In this document: positions 1 to 13,454 of the stretch, one piece after another
Layout: each line of letters starts with the position of its first letter
Numbering within the stretch: the first letter of the stretch is position 1
DNA from: Octopus vulgaris
Lineage: Eukaryota
Direction of reading: 5' to 3'
DNA length: 64,000 nucleotides
NCBI GenBank assembly: GCA_951406725.2
Contig: OX597828.1
Span: 64,666,001-64,730,000 of the forward strand
Program-made: the position numbers and the translations under genes
Notes under the pieces: generated by a model
The model's database searches: none
What the model was told of the DNA's origin: nothing
The model's input: only the letters and a program-made list of their open reading frames with translations

Positions 1-2240
1 GATTAGGAATGCTGTTGTCCACGTCCTCTTCACGCTCGTTCTCGGCTGATAAGGCCGATGTGGCATCGACATATCCGATTGCAGTGATGAGAGGGGTATG
101 GTTTTTCGGGGTCTGATGATGCAGCTGCATAATTTTTTCGCCTCTGACGTTTGTCTTCAAGAGAGTCACTGCGAGAGATCTCAAAGGAAGAAACAACATC
201 GCTGATCGTATGGCGCCAAGCGACGTGATCAGAGTGCACCACTCATGATAATCATTGTCACAAACACTAAGGGATTTCTTCAGGCTGTCCTTGTAATGCT
301 TCCTTGGTACCCTCACCCCACTCTGTTGCGGTGGTCTGTGGTGAACTAACTGTACATGATGATCTCGAGTAGGCGGTGGTCTTTCATCCTGTCAACGTGC
401 CACGTCCAACGCAATCGTGTCTCAATCAAAATGGCTTCCTTCCAGGCTGGTGACCTTTGCTCGCCCGAGGACCTCAGTATCGATGATGTAGATGCTCCAG
501 TAAATGTTGAGGATGGTACGGAGGCAGCGTTGATGAAAACATTCAAGGAGCCTCAGATGATAGCAGTAGGTGACCCAAGACTCAGAGCCATATAGGAGCG
601 TCGTGAAAACGACGGCCCTGCAGATGCTGACTTTTGTGCTGATCTTAAGATGCTTTTTGTTTAAGACACGCTTGTAAAGTCTGCCAAATGTTTTGTTTGT
701 CTTTTCAATTCTGTTGTCAATTTCTTTGTTGATACTTGCATCTGATGAGACGGTACGTCCTAGATAAGTGAACTGCTGTACAGACTTCAGTTCTGTTTCG
801 GCAATGGTGATATGAGGCAGGCTGTACGCTTCCTGAAGAGCTGGTTGGTTTAGTCTCTATGAAACTAACTTCCAGCCCGAAGTGCTAGGCGGCCTCTGCG
901 AAGCAGGATGTGATGCGTTGCAGGGCCCTTTCTGCGTGTGCGACAAGTGCGGCATCATCTGCAAAGAGGAGGTTCTGGGTCAGTTGCTCTTGACCCATGG
1001 ACCTGTAGGCGCCGCAGGTTGATAAGACTTCCACACAGACGCCTTTAGCGCCGTCTTCAGCGTTGAGGTTTGCTGAAGAGGGTTGCTGCCAGGACACAAC
1101 CCTGCTTCACGCCGTTGTTGATGAGGAATGACGCTGATATATCGCTATTCAGGTGGATTTGTTCTTGTTGGTCTTCGTGAAGCTGGCTGACCATGGCTAG
1201 GGATATTGAGGGACAGCCAATTCTTTTGTGATCTGCCACAGACCTTACCTGATCACAGAGTCAAACTCCTTCGTCAGATCAACAAATGTTACGCAAAGTG
1301 GTTTGTTTTGCTCCCGTCACTTTTCTTGGAGTTCCCTGAGAACGAAAACAATATCTGTTGTTCTTCTGTTGGCTCTGAATCCACATTAGCGTTCTGGAAG
1401 ATGATTTTCGGCGATGGACAGAACAAATCTGTTGAGGAGTGATCTTGCTAGAACTTTTCCTGCAGTGGAAAGCAGGGTGATCCCCCGGTAGTTTGAGCTA
1501 TCTGACTTTTCTCCTTTGTTTTTGCACAGTGTGATGATGACAACATCGTAGAAATCTTTTGGCAGCTTGACCTGTTCCCAGCATGCAACGAGGAGCGTGG
1601 AGTGTAGCATGTAGAACAGTACCCCCATGATTCCATATCTCTGGAAGTGTACCATTGACCCTTGCTGCCTTTCTACTCTTCAGCCGGTCTATGACAACTG
1701 TATTCTTTTTCAGGGTTGGGGGCTCTTCTAGTTCCATTCTGACTGGTTGCTGTTGGATGTAGAGGATTGCGTTTTCCTGGACAACTCGGTTTGCATTGAA
1801 GAGGGCCTAAAAGCATTCAGAGCAGTGGTTGAGGATAGATGGTGTGTCTGTGAGAAGCGCCTGACAATCTGAGCTGCGCAGGGGACTCTGGACTTGATGT
1901 GTTGAACCGTAAGCTACTTTGAAAGCTGAGGTCGTCAGAGTCAGCACACAGCTGGGTTCTCCGTGCGAAGTTAGTCCACCACTCCTTCTGAACTTCACAG
2001 AGTTTGCGATGCAAAAAGCTGCAGGCTTGGCGAAAGGCCGGTTTTTTTCTCTGGGCAGGACGGTTGTGCAAAGTGTGCTTGGTGGGCAGACTCTTCTTTA
2101 ATAATTCCTAGATCAGTACATCGTTTTCGTCAAACTAGTCCTTGTTCTTTTTCTTCGTAAACCCAGGAATTTCTGCAGGGATCTGTAGGATGGCGGTTTT
2201 CAGTTGTTCCCACAGGATTTCTGGAGAGAGATTGATGTGC
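1..2240 (-). mobile_element. Decayed RTE-clade LINE (RT and C-terminal region), frameshifted
   Basis: Minus-strand fragments IITLCKNKGEKSDSSNYRGITLLSTAGKVLAR, NGVKQGCVLA, LLFADDAALVAH and RLRWTWHVDRM are RTE-type RT motifs, broken by stops and frameshifts. Confidence 0.9.
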
Positions 2241-2835
2241 TGTGTCATCAATTAATCATCTCATTCTGCTGCGTTCCAATCCACTCAAACTACCAGTTAT
2301 AGCTACAGTACTGTGCGGATTGGCGTCCTATTCGACCTCCCGGCTACTTCAACCCTCGAAAACAGGGGAAAGCTGTGGTCAAGTGGTCATGTGAGCCAGT
2401 AAGATTGCAGAAGAAAAAAAGAAGAATGAAGGGGAAAAAGAATGGAAGGAATTTTTTCTGAATTTGGTAAACGGCCTACTTTCCGAACTGAGTCAATAAA
2501 ATCAGGAGATTTTTTTTTTCCTAAAATATCGTGCAACTAATTGACAGTTTTACATAACATCTCCTAATTAGCGCACCAACTCTCTTCAGTAAGGATTTCT
2601 ATAAAATTCATTACATATCAATTAAGAGCTATTGTCTCCGCAAAGGAAAATTAAAAACATTGACCTAATTTATGTGAATACTACACGTGTTTTTTTTTAT
2701 TGAATATATCTCAGTATAGACACGTGCTCAGTATAGTCAGTATAGACACGTGCGCACAAACACACGCACACCACATACACTCACACACACACAATTACGT
2801 ATGTATGTATGTATGTATGTATGTATGTATGCATG

Positions 2836-3056
2836 TAGGCGTGGGTGTGTGGTAAGCTTGCTACCCGACCACATACTTCCGAGTTCAGTCCCACTGCGTG
2901 GCACCTTGGGCAAGTGTCTTCTACTATAGCCTCGGGCCGACCAAAGCCTAGTGAGTGGATTTGGTAGACGGAAACTGAAAGAAGCCCGTCGTATATATAT
3001 GTGTGTGTGTGTGTATGTGTGTTTGTGTGTCTGTGTTTGTCCCCCCAACATCGCAA
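2836..3056 (+). mobile_element. tRNA-derived SINE, family A (3'-truncated)
   Basis: tRNA-like head with B-box-like gagttcagtccc, then ccttgggcaagtgtcttctactatagcctcgggccgacc; recurs many times in the window. Confidence 0.85.
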
Positions 3057-3170
3057 CAAGAAGCCCACTGTATATATATATATATGCGAAACAAGGCGGA
3101 AAAAATAGTTCTCGAATACCAGAGGTAGAATAATATGCTTTACTACAAAGTAGCAAAAATATAAAAAAAT

Positions 3171-3207
3171 CTGTTACTCAGAGTTTCACGTTCCCGTTCG
3201 TCGGTAG
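3171..3207 (-). ncRNA. Minimal hammerhead-like motif (U4C core) in a short PLE-type repeat (3084-3212)
   Basis: Minus strand reads CCGACGA-ACG ggaa CGU-GAA-ACUC u GAGU-A-acag; same family as 8290-8519. Confidence 0.55.
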
Positions 3208-3445
3208 TTTTATTTACAAACATACATACATACATACATACATACTTACATACATAAATGTGTGTGTGAGCGCGCGCGTGCTGTGTGTGTGAATCTGCGC
3301 ACGCGTCTGGACTGATTTTCCATTCTGAGATATATTTAATGAAAAACACTTGAAGTATTTACATAAATTAAGTCAATGTTTTTAATTGGGATAATTTTGC
3401 TGTTTTTTAATAAAGTATATATTACTCTTACTCATTTACACTTTT

Positions 3446-3828
3446 ACTTATTTCACTCGTTTGACTGTGGCCATGCTGGAGCACCGCCTTTAGTCGAGCA
3501 AATCGACCCCAGGACTTATTCTTTGTAAGCCTAGTACTTATTCTATCGGTCTCTTTTGCCGAACCGCTAAGTTACGAGTACGTAAATACACCAGCATCAG
3601 TTGTCAAGCAATGTTGGGAGGACAAACACAAACACAGACACAGACACACACACACATACATATATACGACGGGCCTCTTTTAGTTTTCGTCTACCAAATC
3701 CACTCACAAGGATTTGGTCGGCCCGAGGCCATAGTAGAAGACACTTGCCCAAGATGCCACGCAGTGGGACTGAACCCGAAACCATGTAGTTGGTAAGGAA
3801 GCTACTTACAACACAGCCACTCCTGCGC
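3446..3828 (-). mobile_element. SINE family A, near full length
   Basis: Reverse-complement match to family A head, internal microsatellite and tail (ccagcatggccacagtcaaa). Confidence 0.9.
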
Positions 3829-3867
3829 TATATATATATATATATATATATATATACGTTTGTGTGT

Positions 3868-4030
3868 CCGTGTTTGCCCCCTACCATCGCTTGATAACCG
3901 GTGTTGGTGTGTTAATATAGCCGTAACTTGGCGTTTCGGCAAAAGAGATCGATAAATAAGTACTAGGCTCACAAAAATAAGTCGTGGGGTCGGCTTTTTC
4001 CACTAAAAACCGTGCTCTAGCATAAACACA
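3868..4030 (+). mobile_element. SINE family A, 3' half
   Basis: catcgcttgataaccggtgttggtgtg...ggcaaaagagatcgata...aataagtactaggc matches the family A 3' half. Confidence 0.8.
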
Positions 4031-4179
4031 GTAAACATATATACGGATATATCAGCGGCTGAACAGTCTAAGGGAAGTAACTCCCAAAATATATTTACGT
4101 GTTATCTTTCTTTAATACAATAAATTGCAACACTAATAATTTCTCGCGATGAAACGTTTAACGATATATATGTAGTGCT

Positions 4180-4344
4180 GTTCTGTGTTCAAATTCCGCC
4201 GAGGTCGACTTTGCCTTTCATCCTTTCGGGGTCGATAAATTAAGTACCAGTTACGTACTGGGGTCGATATAATCGACTTAATCCGTTTGTCTGTCCTTGT
4301 TCGTCCCCTCTGTTTTTAGCCCCTTGTGGGTAGTAAAGAAGTAG
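4180..4344 (+). mobile_element. SINE family B (5'-truncated)
   Basis: gttcaaattccgccgaggtcgactttgcctttcatcctttcggggtcgataaattaagtaccag (Meta-domain-like core); multiple copies in the window. Confidence 0.85.
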
Positions 4345-4606
4345 ATATATATATATAGTGCTGTTCGTTGGAGGCTCCTGGCTGACATGCTACACTCATT
4401 CTGTTCTTTATGCAACACGATCTGCTAAGTCAGTGGTTCTCAACCATTCTTTGACTCCTTGGATTTCTATTTTACCCAGACGAATCAACACAGCAATTCG
4501 ATGTTTAAAAATATCCTATTTTTGTAATTCAATATTAGTCACACTATACAACAGCATATGTGTAGGTACATTTATATCTGTGTGTGCGCGCGCGTGTTTG
4601 TGTGTG

Positions 4607-4835
4607 AAGGCGCATAGCTTAGTGGTTAGGGTGTTACACTGACGATTGCGAGATAGTGGTTGTTCTCGAGCAAAGCACTTCATATCACGTTGCTCTGCGA
4701 TGATTTCCGCATCTGCCATGTGGCACATAATGCACCTGTACAGGTAAATGTCGATTTGATGGAGGGAGGGAGCTTATGTGTACACAAGCATTTGATCACT
4801 ACAAACAAATCATCTGTGTGGTTGTCCAGCAAGAA
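4607..4835 (+). mobile_element. tRNA-derived SINE related to family D
   Basis: Head aggcgcatagcttagtggttagggtg (A-box) and gagcaaagcacttcatatcacgttgctc resemble 13110-13441. Confidence 0.6.
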
Positions 4836-4846
4836 ATTCTGTTCAA

Positions 4847-6125
4847 TTATTTATTGTCCACTACGGGCTTTACACGGAGGGACAGTACAGAACAGAGTTG
4901 GGGGGTCATACATACAATCGCTAGCAAAATTAGATAACAAATGATGAGATGTAAACAGTGGTAACAAATGTGAAGTTTGAAAATTTTAGATATAAATGAG
5001 ATTAGTAAGGTAGTACTCCGAAAAGCAGAGCATACTGGATTGGACGTAGAGACACCACAAGCCACGAGCCATTCTGGCCGCTCGGCTAAGACTTAGGAAT
5101 TGACGCTCAAGTTAGTCTCATATGACTGAAGAGTAAGAAAAAGTAGAGGGTTGCTTACGTTGTGTACTCAGGGGCAGTGAAAGATTTTTCTTACTCTCTT
5201 GTGTGGCTTGTGTGGCGGTGGTAGGTAAATCCTTTGGGCTTTGGGTGTCTTCCATTGGAGTGCTTTTGGTTGGTATACTGGTTGGTTGTGTAGAATGTGA
5301 ACCTTCTTTGAGGATGGTGCAATAGTTTCTAATACTGGATTCGAGACTGTGGCGGTGTCCGCTGCCGTGCACGTTGATGTGTCTTCTCTAGGTTGTATGG
5401 ACTTGGCTGTTTCGGTGGGTGGTGGGTAGGCTTGTGGTGCATTCTGGGTTGGCTTTCTTGGGATCTATTGGGGTGTCTCCTCTGCTAGAGGTGGGGGGTG
5501 GCTTATGTCTCTTGTTCGCGGTGAGCAGGAGGATATGATATGGCCTTTTTGCCCACATCGGTAGCACCTTGGTTCTGTTGGTTAGCTTGGATTAGCAACT
5601 CTATCTCCTGTCCCCACTAGTTCCGTTAGTGCTGTTTGGTAACTTGTAGTATGTTTATTTTGTCCTCAATGTCGAGCAGGACAGCTGTCACCACCCATAA
5701 GTGATTGTTGTCTCACTCGCACTGTTGATACGAAACCGCGACTGTTTAGTTTAAATTCTTCTTTCTTGAGGTCCTTAATTTTGTCGTCCTTGAAAATACC
5801 CGTTGTATTCTTTTGGGGAGTAGATCATTTCCCTCCTCCCGCTCGTAACAGGGGTGAGAAGGGGACAGTTCGTTGGTCACTTCATCTCGGTGGGCGTAAC
5901 TCTCACCGAAGCTGGAGCCCCTGATTGAAAAATTAATTGTGTTGCCAAAATACAAATAAACGATGGTAAAAATCTCCCCCAAAAGAGGGAAGTTTGGATG
6001 CGCCACCTCCCGGCTAAGCAGGTTCAGTTACGAGACGCACAAAATTCAACAACAATAATTATAAACGCACTTTGGTAATAGGAATTTACAAAACTTACAA
6101 ACGTAAAAAATACACGTCGGTTCGG
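4847..6125 (-). mobile_element. Internally deleted Tx1/L1-like non-LTR element (5' UTR, ORF1 remnants, 3' tail)
   Basis: 5' region (5960-6125) resembles 8070-8235; the 3' end tttattgtccactacgggctttacacggagggacag resembles the tails at ~6140 and ~47775. Confidence 0.6.
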
Positions 6126-6134
6126 CAAGGAATT

Positions 6135-8235
6135 TAATTCTTTATTTGCCACAAAGGGCTACACATAGTGGGACAATACAGGACAGACGAGGATCGGTCG
6201 TGACTCTAAGGTGAAATGGTCGAATGGATACAACAAAGTGAAACAAATATGTTAATGGTTAAAGATTATGACAAAATAATGGTAATAGCGGAATGGAGGA
6301 TACAATATGTAACTCAGGGCATGGGGCCCCAACAAGCCATTACTCCAACATTGCTCTTGCAAAGGAAACTCAGGGGTTCGCGCTCAAGCCACACACACTC
6401 ATACGTAACAGGCGTACTACTTGCATCCATCTGGTAGCGGTGGTAGCAACTCTTTATTCGTTTTAGTTGATTTAGTAGTTGGTTAAACTAATGCCAGAGA
6501 GAAAGTTGCCGCCCTTATCGCTTTTACTTGTGTCAATCACATGACCTCTTTTACTATAGCCACCAAAAAAAAACAAACAAAAAAAAGGCTGCCGGCCTTT
6601 CCTTATTGAAGGAAGGAGGCGGAACAATCTTGATGGACTCCGTTGACACCTGTGCACCTCCCAGAGCAGGTGTTCGACATAAACCTATAGATTCGAAATC
6701 AGCAGTCACTGTACGATCGCGTGCTGAACAGGTTCATTGCTCTGCTCGCATCTCAGATATGACAGCGTACCTAAAGAATTTATCTCGAACAGGCAGTGCT
6801 TCTCGGTAGTACTGCAATGTATACAGGAGGATGTGTGTCTCTGGTGTGCAGGGGTGAAAGTGTTCTTTCTTTTACATTTTTCTTTGCGACTTCTTTCCAT
6901 TCAAGGTGGCGGTTTCTGTGATGTGTCGTATGTCTTTGCCTGTATTGTCATTGGTGGGAGTCTGGTCAGGCGTGCTCTTTACCCCCGCCCCCTTGGTTGG
7001 GTCATTGGTTTTCGCTGCTGGGGCTGAGCCTGTTGGGTGTTTAGTGGAATCAAGTTTGTTAGGCATGGCATTGGTCTAGCCATTCGCAGTTGAGGTTTTT
7101 AGCTGCCGATGATCGTTAGGTAGAGTGGGTCCATTGATGATGATTCTTGTGGGCAGGTGCCCTAATGTGGCCCTCTACCCACATTTATAGCATCTGGTAC
7201 TCCGTCCCTCCACCATGACGCGTAGCGTTGTTTTATCTGGCAATTTTATTAAATCTGGTATATCTTCAAATTCTGCTGCGTTGCCTGGATTAGAATTTCT
7301 AGGCCTTGTTTTGCTGATGTAGCTTGGTGATTTGCAATATTTATATATTGCTTTCCAGGTCAACAGGACAGCCGCCACCAGCCACATTATGTCATTCATT
7401 GGTGGGACTTGCCCAATTTTTATCTTCGAGGTTCTTTTGCCCAAGTATGAGGGAAATAGTACTAGTTCTGTTGATTTTAAAGGCACCGTGTGGTGTCTTT
7501 CTGCTTCTTCTTCGGACGTTAATCTGACCTCCACTGTGCCGTTCCATTACTCTCTTCCCACATCGGTTATACTGCCCCATATGGGCTGTAAATATTTCTC
7601 TATGTTTTCTTCAAAAGCATATTCTATTTCTTAGATAAAAAAAAATAGTTTTGAAGATGATGGCTTTTCGTTTTGTTATTTGAACAATTTCGCCGGGAGG
7701 GGTTACATTAACGTTGGTGCCCTTCCGTTTTTAAAAAAGAATTCTATATTCTTCTAATCCTGTTGAGTTTATATTTAAAGTTTCGTGGTTTACCGTTGCT
7801 ATTAACGAGAAACCGCGTCTGTTCGGTTTGGTTTCCTGTCTCATTGGTGTCGCAGTTTAGGGTGTCCTTGGCAGATTTCGTTAGCTTATCTTGGGTAATT
7901 GAACTATTCCCCTCATCCTGTTCACGACAGGAAAGGGCGGGTAACATTTCTTTGTATAATTCGTTAATCAGATCGTTGTAAACTTTGACGTTGGGGGCGT
8001 TACCTTCGCCGTTGCTGGAGGCCATGATGCAAAAATTAATTACGTAGACAAATTTACAATAGAAGAAAAATTTACAATTCGCCCCTTCAAAGCGGGAATT
8101 CTTGGGTACGATACCTCCCCCGCTAGGCAGGTTTGGTTCCGAAGATGCACAAAATTAGCGATAAATTGAACAGAATTTCGGACTAGTAGAGTATCAACAA
8201 TTACGAGCAGAAACAAAACACGTCTGGTCGCGAGA
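6135..8235 (-). mobile_element. Internally deleted Tx1/L1-like LINE: ORF1 (zinc knuckle) joined to the ORF2 C-terminus and 3' tail
   Basis: ORF1 pieces 7744-8025 and 7175-7534 end in VEGRSTRCYKCG*RGH (CCHC knuckle); 6480-6820 aligns by eye with the zf-RVT region at 48370-48730; tail matches 47773-47820. Confidence 0.8.
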
Positions 8236-8289
8236 AACTGGTGACCATCATACGTGGTCAAACGACGAGAGCATCCTTGATATATATAT

Positions 8290-8518
8290 ACCGGAGTAAA
8301 CACATAAATGTGAAACAAGGTGGAAAAAAGAGTACTCAAATACCAGTGGTAGAGTAATATGCTTTATTTAAAGCAGCAGAAAATTCAACAAAATCTGTTA
8401 CTCTGAGTTTCCCGTTGCCATTTATCGGACAGTTATTTCTAGCAAAAACTGTCCGATGAACGGCAACGGGAAACTCAGAGTAACAGGTTTTGTTGAATTT
8501 TCTGCTGCTTTAAATAAA

Positions 8519-8519
<1 letters not shown>
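8290..8519. mobile_element. Fold-back PLE-type element between (TA)n tracts (arms 8362-8434 / 8447-8519)
   Basis: Near-perfect inverted repeat; homologous to 3084-3212. Confidence 0.8.
8449..8486 (+). ncRNA. Minimal type I hammerhead-like motif (U4C core)
   Basis: ctgt-CCGAUGA-acggcaacgg-GAA-ACUC a GAGU-A-acag: stem I ctgt/acag, palindromic stem III, GUA site; stem II is weak. Confidence 0.55.
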
Positions 8520-8580
<61 letters not shown>

Positions 8581-8585
8581 TATAT

Positions 8586-8766
8586 AACGTCATGCTTGAT
8601 CGTTAAATCCACAAGTTATTTTTATTCTCTCTGTTTATTTTCTCTTATTCCTTTCACAGCGTAGGCTCGAAACGTAAAAGATTTTCTCACTTTTCCGAGC
8701 GTCAAACTAATACTCCTGTTTCTTGAACATATACCTCTCTACGTCTTTTGTCTTTCTGTAAATTTC

Positions 8767-8770
<4 letters not shown>
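8586..8770 (+). repeat. Short PLE-type repeat with a degenerate hammerhead half (core deleted)
   Basis: agcgtaggctc-GAAACGUA-aaag and downstream ccgagcgtcaaactaatac resemble 36165-36357, but the CUGANGA core is missing. Confidence 0.5.
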
Positions 8771-8797
<27 letters not shown>

Positions 8798-8842
8798 CAA
8801 GAGAGCAAAGTGTACGTACGCTGATATATATATATATATATT

Positions 8843-9353
<511 letters not shown>

Positions 9354-9480
9354 TCCATTTACCTTCTATTTACTTATACGTTTAATTCTACTTTTCCTTT
9401 CGTTCATTCTTCGTTATTTTAATGATCAGATAAACCTGTCCTACCTTGGTTTTGTTTTCCTTTCCCTTTAATTTACATAC

Positions 9481-9527
<47 letters not shown>

Positions 9528-10726
9528 GCACACGTATGCATCTGTGTGTGTGTGTGTGTGTGTACTGAAAAGAAAGAGACACAGAGAAGACAAATAGTAA
9601 GTAAAGATACGTAAGCCTCAAACAGCACATCATCCATTTGAAGTATAGAATCGGTAAATGGCATAGAAGAAAATGAGTATATATACATGCACAAATGCAT
9701 TCAAATACGTATAATCAGAACTAAATTAAAGAAACTGGTGTAAAATAAATAAATAAATAAATATATAAAGCCAAAATTTAATTACATATATACAGCGTAA
9801 ATTTTATAAATGAAGGAAAGAAGAAGAATTTACATATATTTGAAAGAACAGTTTTGAAAAATTCATTAACAGAAAAGGAAATACTCACAATAAATAAATA
9901 CTTTTAAAAACGATTCAGTTGCTCTAATAATGTTGAATAGTACTTTATTAATCAAGTATTTCTTTAATTATTTTTGTAAAATAGGAAACCATTTCATATA
10001 TGTGTGGCAAATATAGTGAATTGTTTTTTGTTATTAGAATTTATTAGTCTGATTAACTTCAGTTGCAAGGATGCAAGGAGAATGGAGAAAAAGAATTCCT
10101 TAGGAAACCAATGAATAAGAAACTGAACCTTGTTTATACACCCGATTTGTCAGTAGCTTTTTTACTACTACTACAATATTTACAGTATCCAGGTATTAAA
10201 ATATACACATCTACACATCTAAAATATACACATGTACACACAGAGAGTTGCATATAAAATCTCAGCATAGCTTGATTTGTTGGTATGTTACAAGACTATA
10301 ATGGGATATTAACAACTGCTATATTAGAGATAAATGACACACGTGCTGGCTCCAGTTATGCCTACATTTCCTTGGTTAATATCTATACTATGATGTATAT
10401 AAAATACATAATATATATATGCACATACAAGCACACACACTCACACATATACGTTTATGAATTGGAGTTTATGAATTTCAAATGTTGGTACATTTAGAAT
10501 ATTATGGCGACATGGCAGTACCACAATACTAATTGGCTTTAGCAGTGAAAGCAGCAAAAGGAAAAATACAAAGAAAGTTATGATGAAAATTAATGAATTT
10601 GAAGCAAGAGAAAAAGTCATGAGATGTTGAAAAACGAGGCAGTAGCTGGATAGGAACCATGGAGGCAATTTCTATCAACTCATGGAAATTCAAGTATTTT
10701 CCAGCATAGTGAATTTTTTTAATTTA

Positions 10727-11140
10727 TGCGCTCTTTTCAAGCCTAGCCTGGCTCATGGGCCCGGTTTCCCGGTTTCAGTGGCGTATGTGTTTTCCTCCCA
10801 CCTGGACAGGACGCTAGTCCATCGCAAATAAAAAAAAAGTCGCCCTTTTCAAGCCTAGCCAAGCTCAAGGGTCTGGTTTCCCGGTTTCAGTGGCGTATGT
10901 GTTCCCCCCACCTGGACGAATCGCCAGTCCATCGCAGCGTTATTCAAGAAACAGGAAGAGAGAGTGGGAGAAAAATTGTGGCGAAAGAGTACAACAGGGT
11001 TTGCCACCACCCCGCTGCCAGAGACTCGTGGAGCTTTTAGGTGTTTTCGCTCGATAAATACACAACGCCCGGTCTGGGAATCGAAATCGCGATCCTCCGA
11101 CCTCGCGGTCCGCTGCCCTGATCACTGGGCCATTGCGCCT
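10727..11140 (-). mobile_element. tRNA-derived SINE family C with duplicated 3' tail
   Basis: Head gaggcgcaatggcccagtg...ttcgattcccagaccgggcg; tail 10727-10826 is repeated at 10840-10936. Confidence 0.85.
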
Positions 11141-11838
11141 CTGTAGCATAGTGAATAAACTAGAGAAAAATTGAAGTAGTTAAGTGTGCTAAGTTTAACA
11201 TATTAAATAGTGAAAAGTAAAACAGTGAAATGGGATAACATGGTGGGAGGTTGATGGTGTCAGTGACTACTAAACCGATATGCAATTGATATCGCCGTCA
11301 ATTTTCCTTTTCTTTTATTTTCCAAGTTTCTTCCCAATTTACACAATATCAAATTCTTACTTCAAGTTGCTAATCTATGTAAGTCTCAATCATCTCGTGA
11401 TGTCAAGAGCAACTCACCTTCCTCTATTTATAGACTAAGTAGTCGAATTACGTGCATCTAATACAATGTACTTGTGTCATAAGATTTTTTGGTGATAAAT
11501 AAAATTAGAGACTGAGGCTACGTTCTCCTACTAAAAGCTTACATTGTGAAAACCCACTTTCAAATTTCCGACAGCGAATATAATATTTCTTTGCAAGTGT
11601 AAGCTAAATGGGGACGAAATATAATATTTGAATATGAATGTATCTTTAATTAATGCTAACTAGAACATTTTTCTTGCTATTTTACTCAGGAAAAGATTGA
11701 CACATTGGCTTTTTGATGAATATACATACATATGTACATATACATATGTATATATATATATTTATATATATATATGTATATATATATACATACACACACA
11801 CACACACACACATATGTATATATATATATATATACATG

Positions 11839-11944
<106 letters not shown>

Positions 11945-11949
11945 CTTCA

Positions 11950-12480
11950 ACGTATCGTTAAAGGTGTAAGTTAATGTGCATGAGTTGGTGGTCTTGATAA
12001 CATTGCTTTATGCTACTGAATCTTGGACTTTGTGATATCAGAATTCCGAAGCAACTTCTCTTTGACCAATTTCCCAACAGGAAGCTCAGTTAGAAAGCCA
12101 CTCGTGCACTTTAAAGACAAGCTAAAAGACAATCTGAAGCAATTCAACATTCCCTTTTCTTCCTGGGAAAACAAAGCATCAGAACGCAGAACCTGGCGCC
12201 AGTTCAAACATTTGAGCAAAGTAGGCTCCAACACCGGGACCAACTTCCTGCAAGCATGGAGACACGCTGGCAAAACACTGCTCCTCTAAGTGGAAACCTC
12301 ACATGTAGATGTGGTTTTGTGGTACATGGCAAAGTGGGTCTTGCCGTCGACTCAAGAAAACAGATAGTAAATGATGCACAAGCACTCAAGCAAACTGAGT
12401 CCTCAACTTGTTCCATTTGCCAAAAGGTTTGCAAGGCACCAGCAGTCCTCAAGAAACAAATTCATCTCCATAGAACATCA
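11950..12480 (+). mobile_element. RTE LINE 3' fragment
   Basis: KPLVHFKDKLKDNLKQFNIPFSSWENKASERRTWRQ, followed by Cys/His finger remnants (CSICQKVCK). Confidence 0.75.
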
Positions 12481-13109
12481 TTAACGCTTTATGTTACTGA
12501 ACCATCATATAAGTAGATAATAAATTTCTGTACAAATAAAATGCGACAAGTACAAGTAAAATATATGGTTTCAAATTTTAGAAGACCAGAAAATTCAGAC
12601 GAAAATTCAGAAAAAGACAGACGAAATGCCGCTAGACGTTTGGCCCGGCGTGCATACATACATACATACTTACAATTATGCACACAGAAACACACACACG
12701 CATATACGCATATATATGTATATGTATTTTTGTTTTTGTATATATGTATGCACATATATACATATGCACGTATATATATTTATATCTACATACACATACA
12801 AAAACAAATGCATAGATACTTATATATATTCATACACATATACATATGTATATACATCTATATACATACATATATATACTTATGTATATACGTACATACA
12901 TATATATACACACATACACACATACACACAAACACACATGCACAGACACACACACATATGGCCGCTCTTCCGCCCCTCTTATTTATCCTACAATTTTTAG
13001 GGCAGACAAATACCAGGGAAACACTAAGGGTTTGTTACCTCCTTTTGCATTAGTAGGTGATTGAAAGCTGAAACGATCGACATGGATTAGGATCAGTAAA
13101 AGCCTTCTG

Positions 13110-13441
13110 AGACCCCCTTTGGTCATGACTGACCACGGGATTGCACCTAGAAAGTTACCCACGCAGGCACAAGTTCGGGCAAGTTTGTTTATGGAAGACC
13201 TGCAGTTGTCCATGCATACCAATCTCCCCTCTCTACGCCACCGATGTTATGCAAGAGAAAGGCAAGGGCCGATACAGCTTGGCACCTGTGAGATCGCAAC
13301 TCATTTCTACAGGTGAGTGAACTGGAGCAACGTGAAATAAAGTGTCTTGCTCAAGAACACAGCACGCAACCCAGTCCGGGATTCGAACTCACAACTTCAC
13401 GATCGTAAGCTCGACGCTCTACCCACTGAGCCAAGCGCCTT
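13110..13441 (-). mobile_element. tRNA-derived SINE family D
   Basis: Clear A box (tggctcagtggg) and B box (gagttcgaatcc) on the minus strand; copies at 24515 and 59340. Confidence 0.85.
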
Positions 13442-13454
13442 CACGCCTTCTAAT

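Larger units (their letters stand above)
2649..3387. repeat. Diverged ~63-bp inverted repeat pair (2649-2714 / 3325-3387)
   Basis: ttaaaaacattgacctaatttatgtgaatac...gaatatatctcag is approximately the reverse complement of ctgagatatatttaatg...gtatttacataaattaagtcaatgtttttaa. Confidence 0.7.

Noticed and set aside
742-770. CTGATGA-GAC ggtac GTC resembling a hammerhead half
   Set aside because: No GAAA follows the stem, and it lies antisense within RTE coding sequence.
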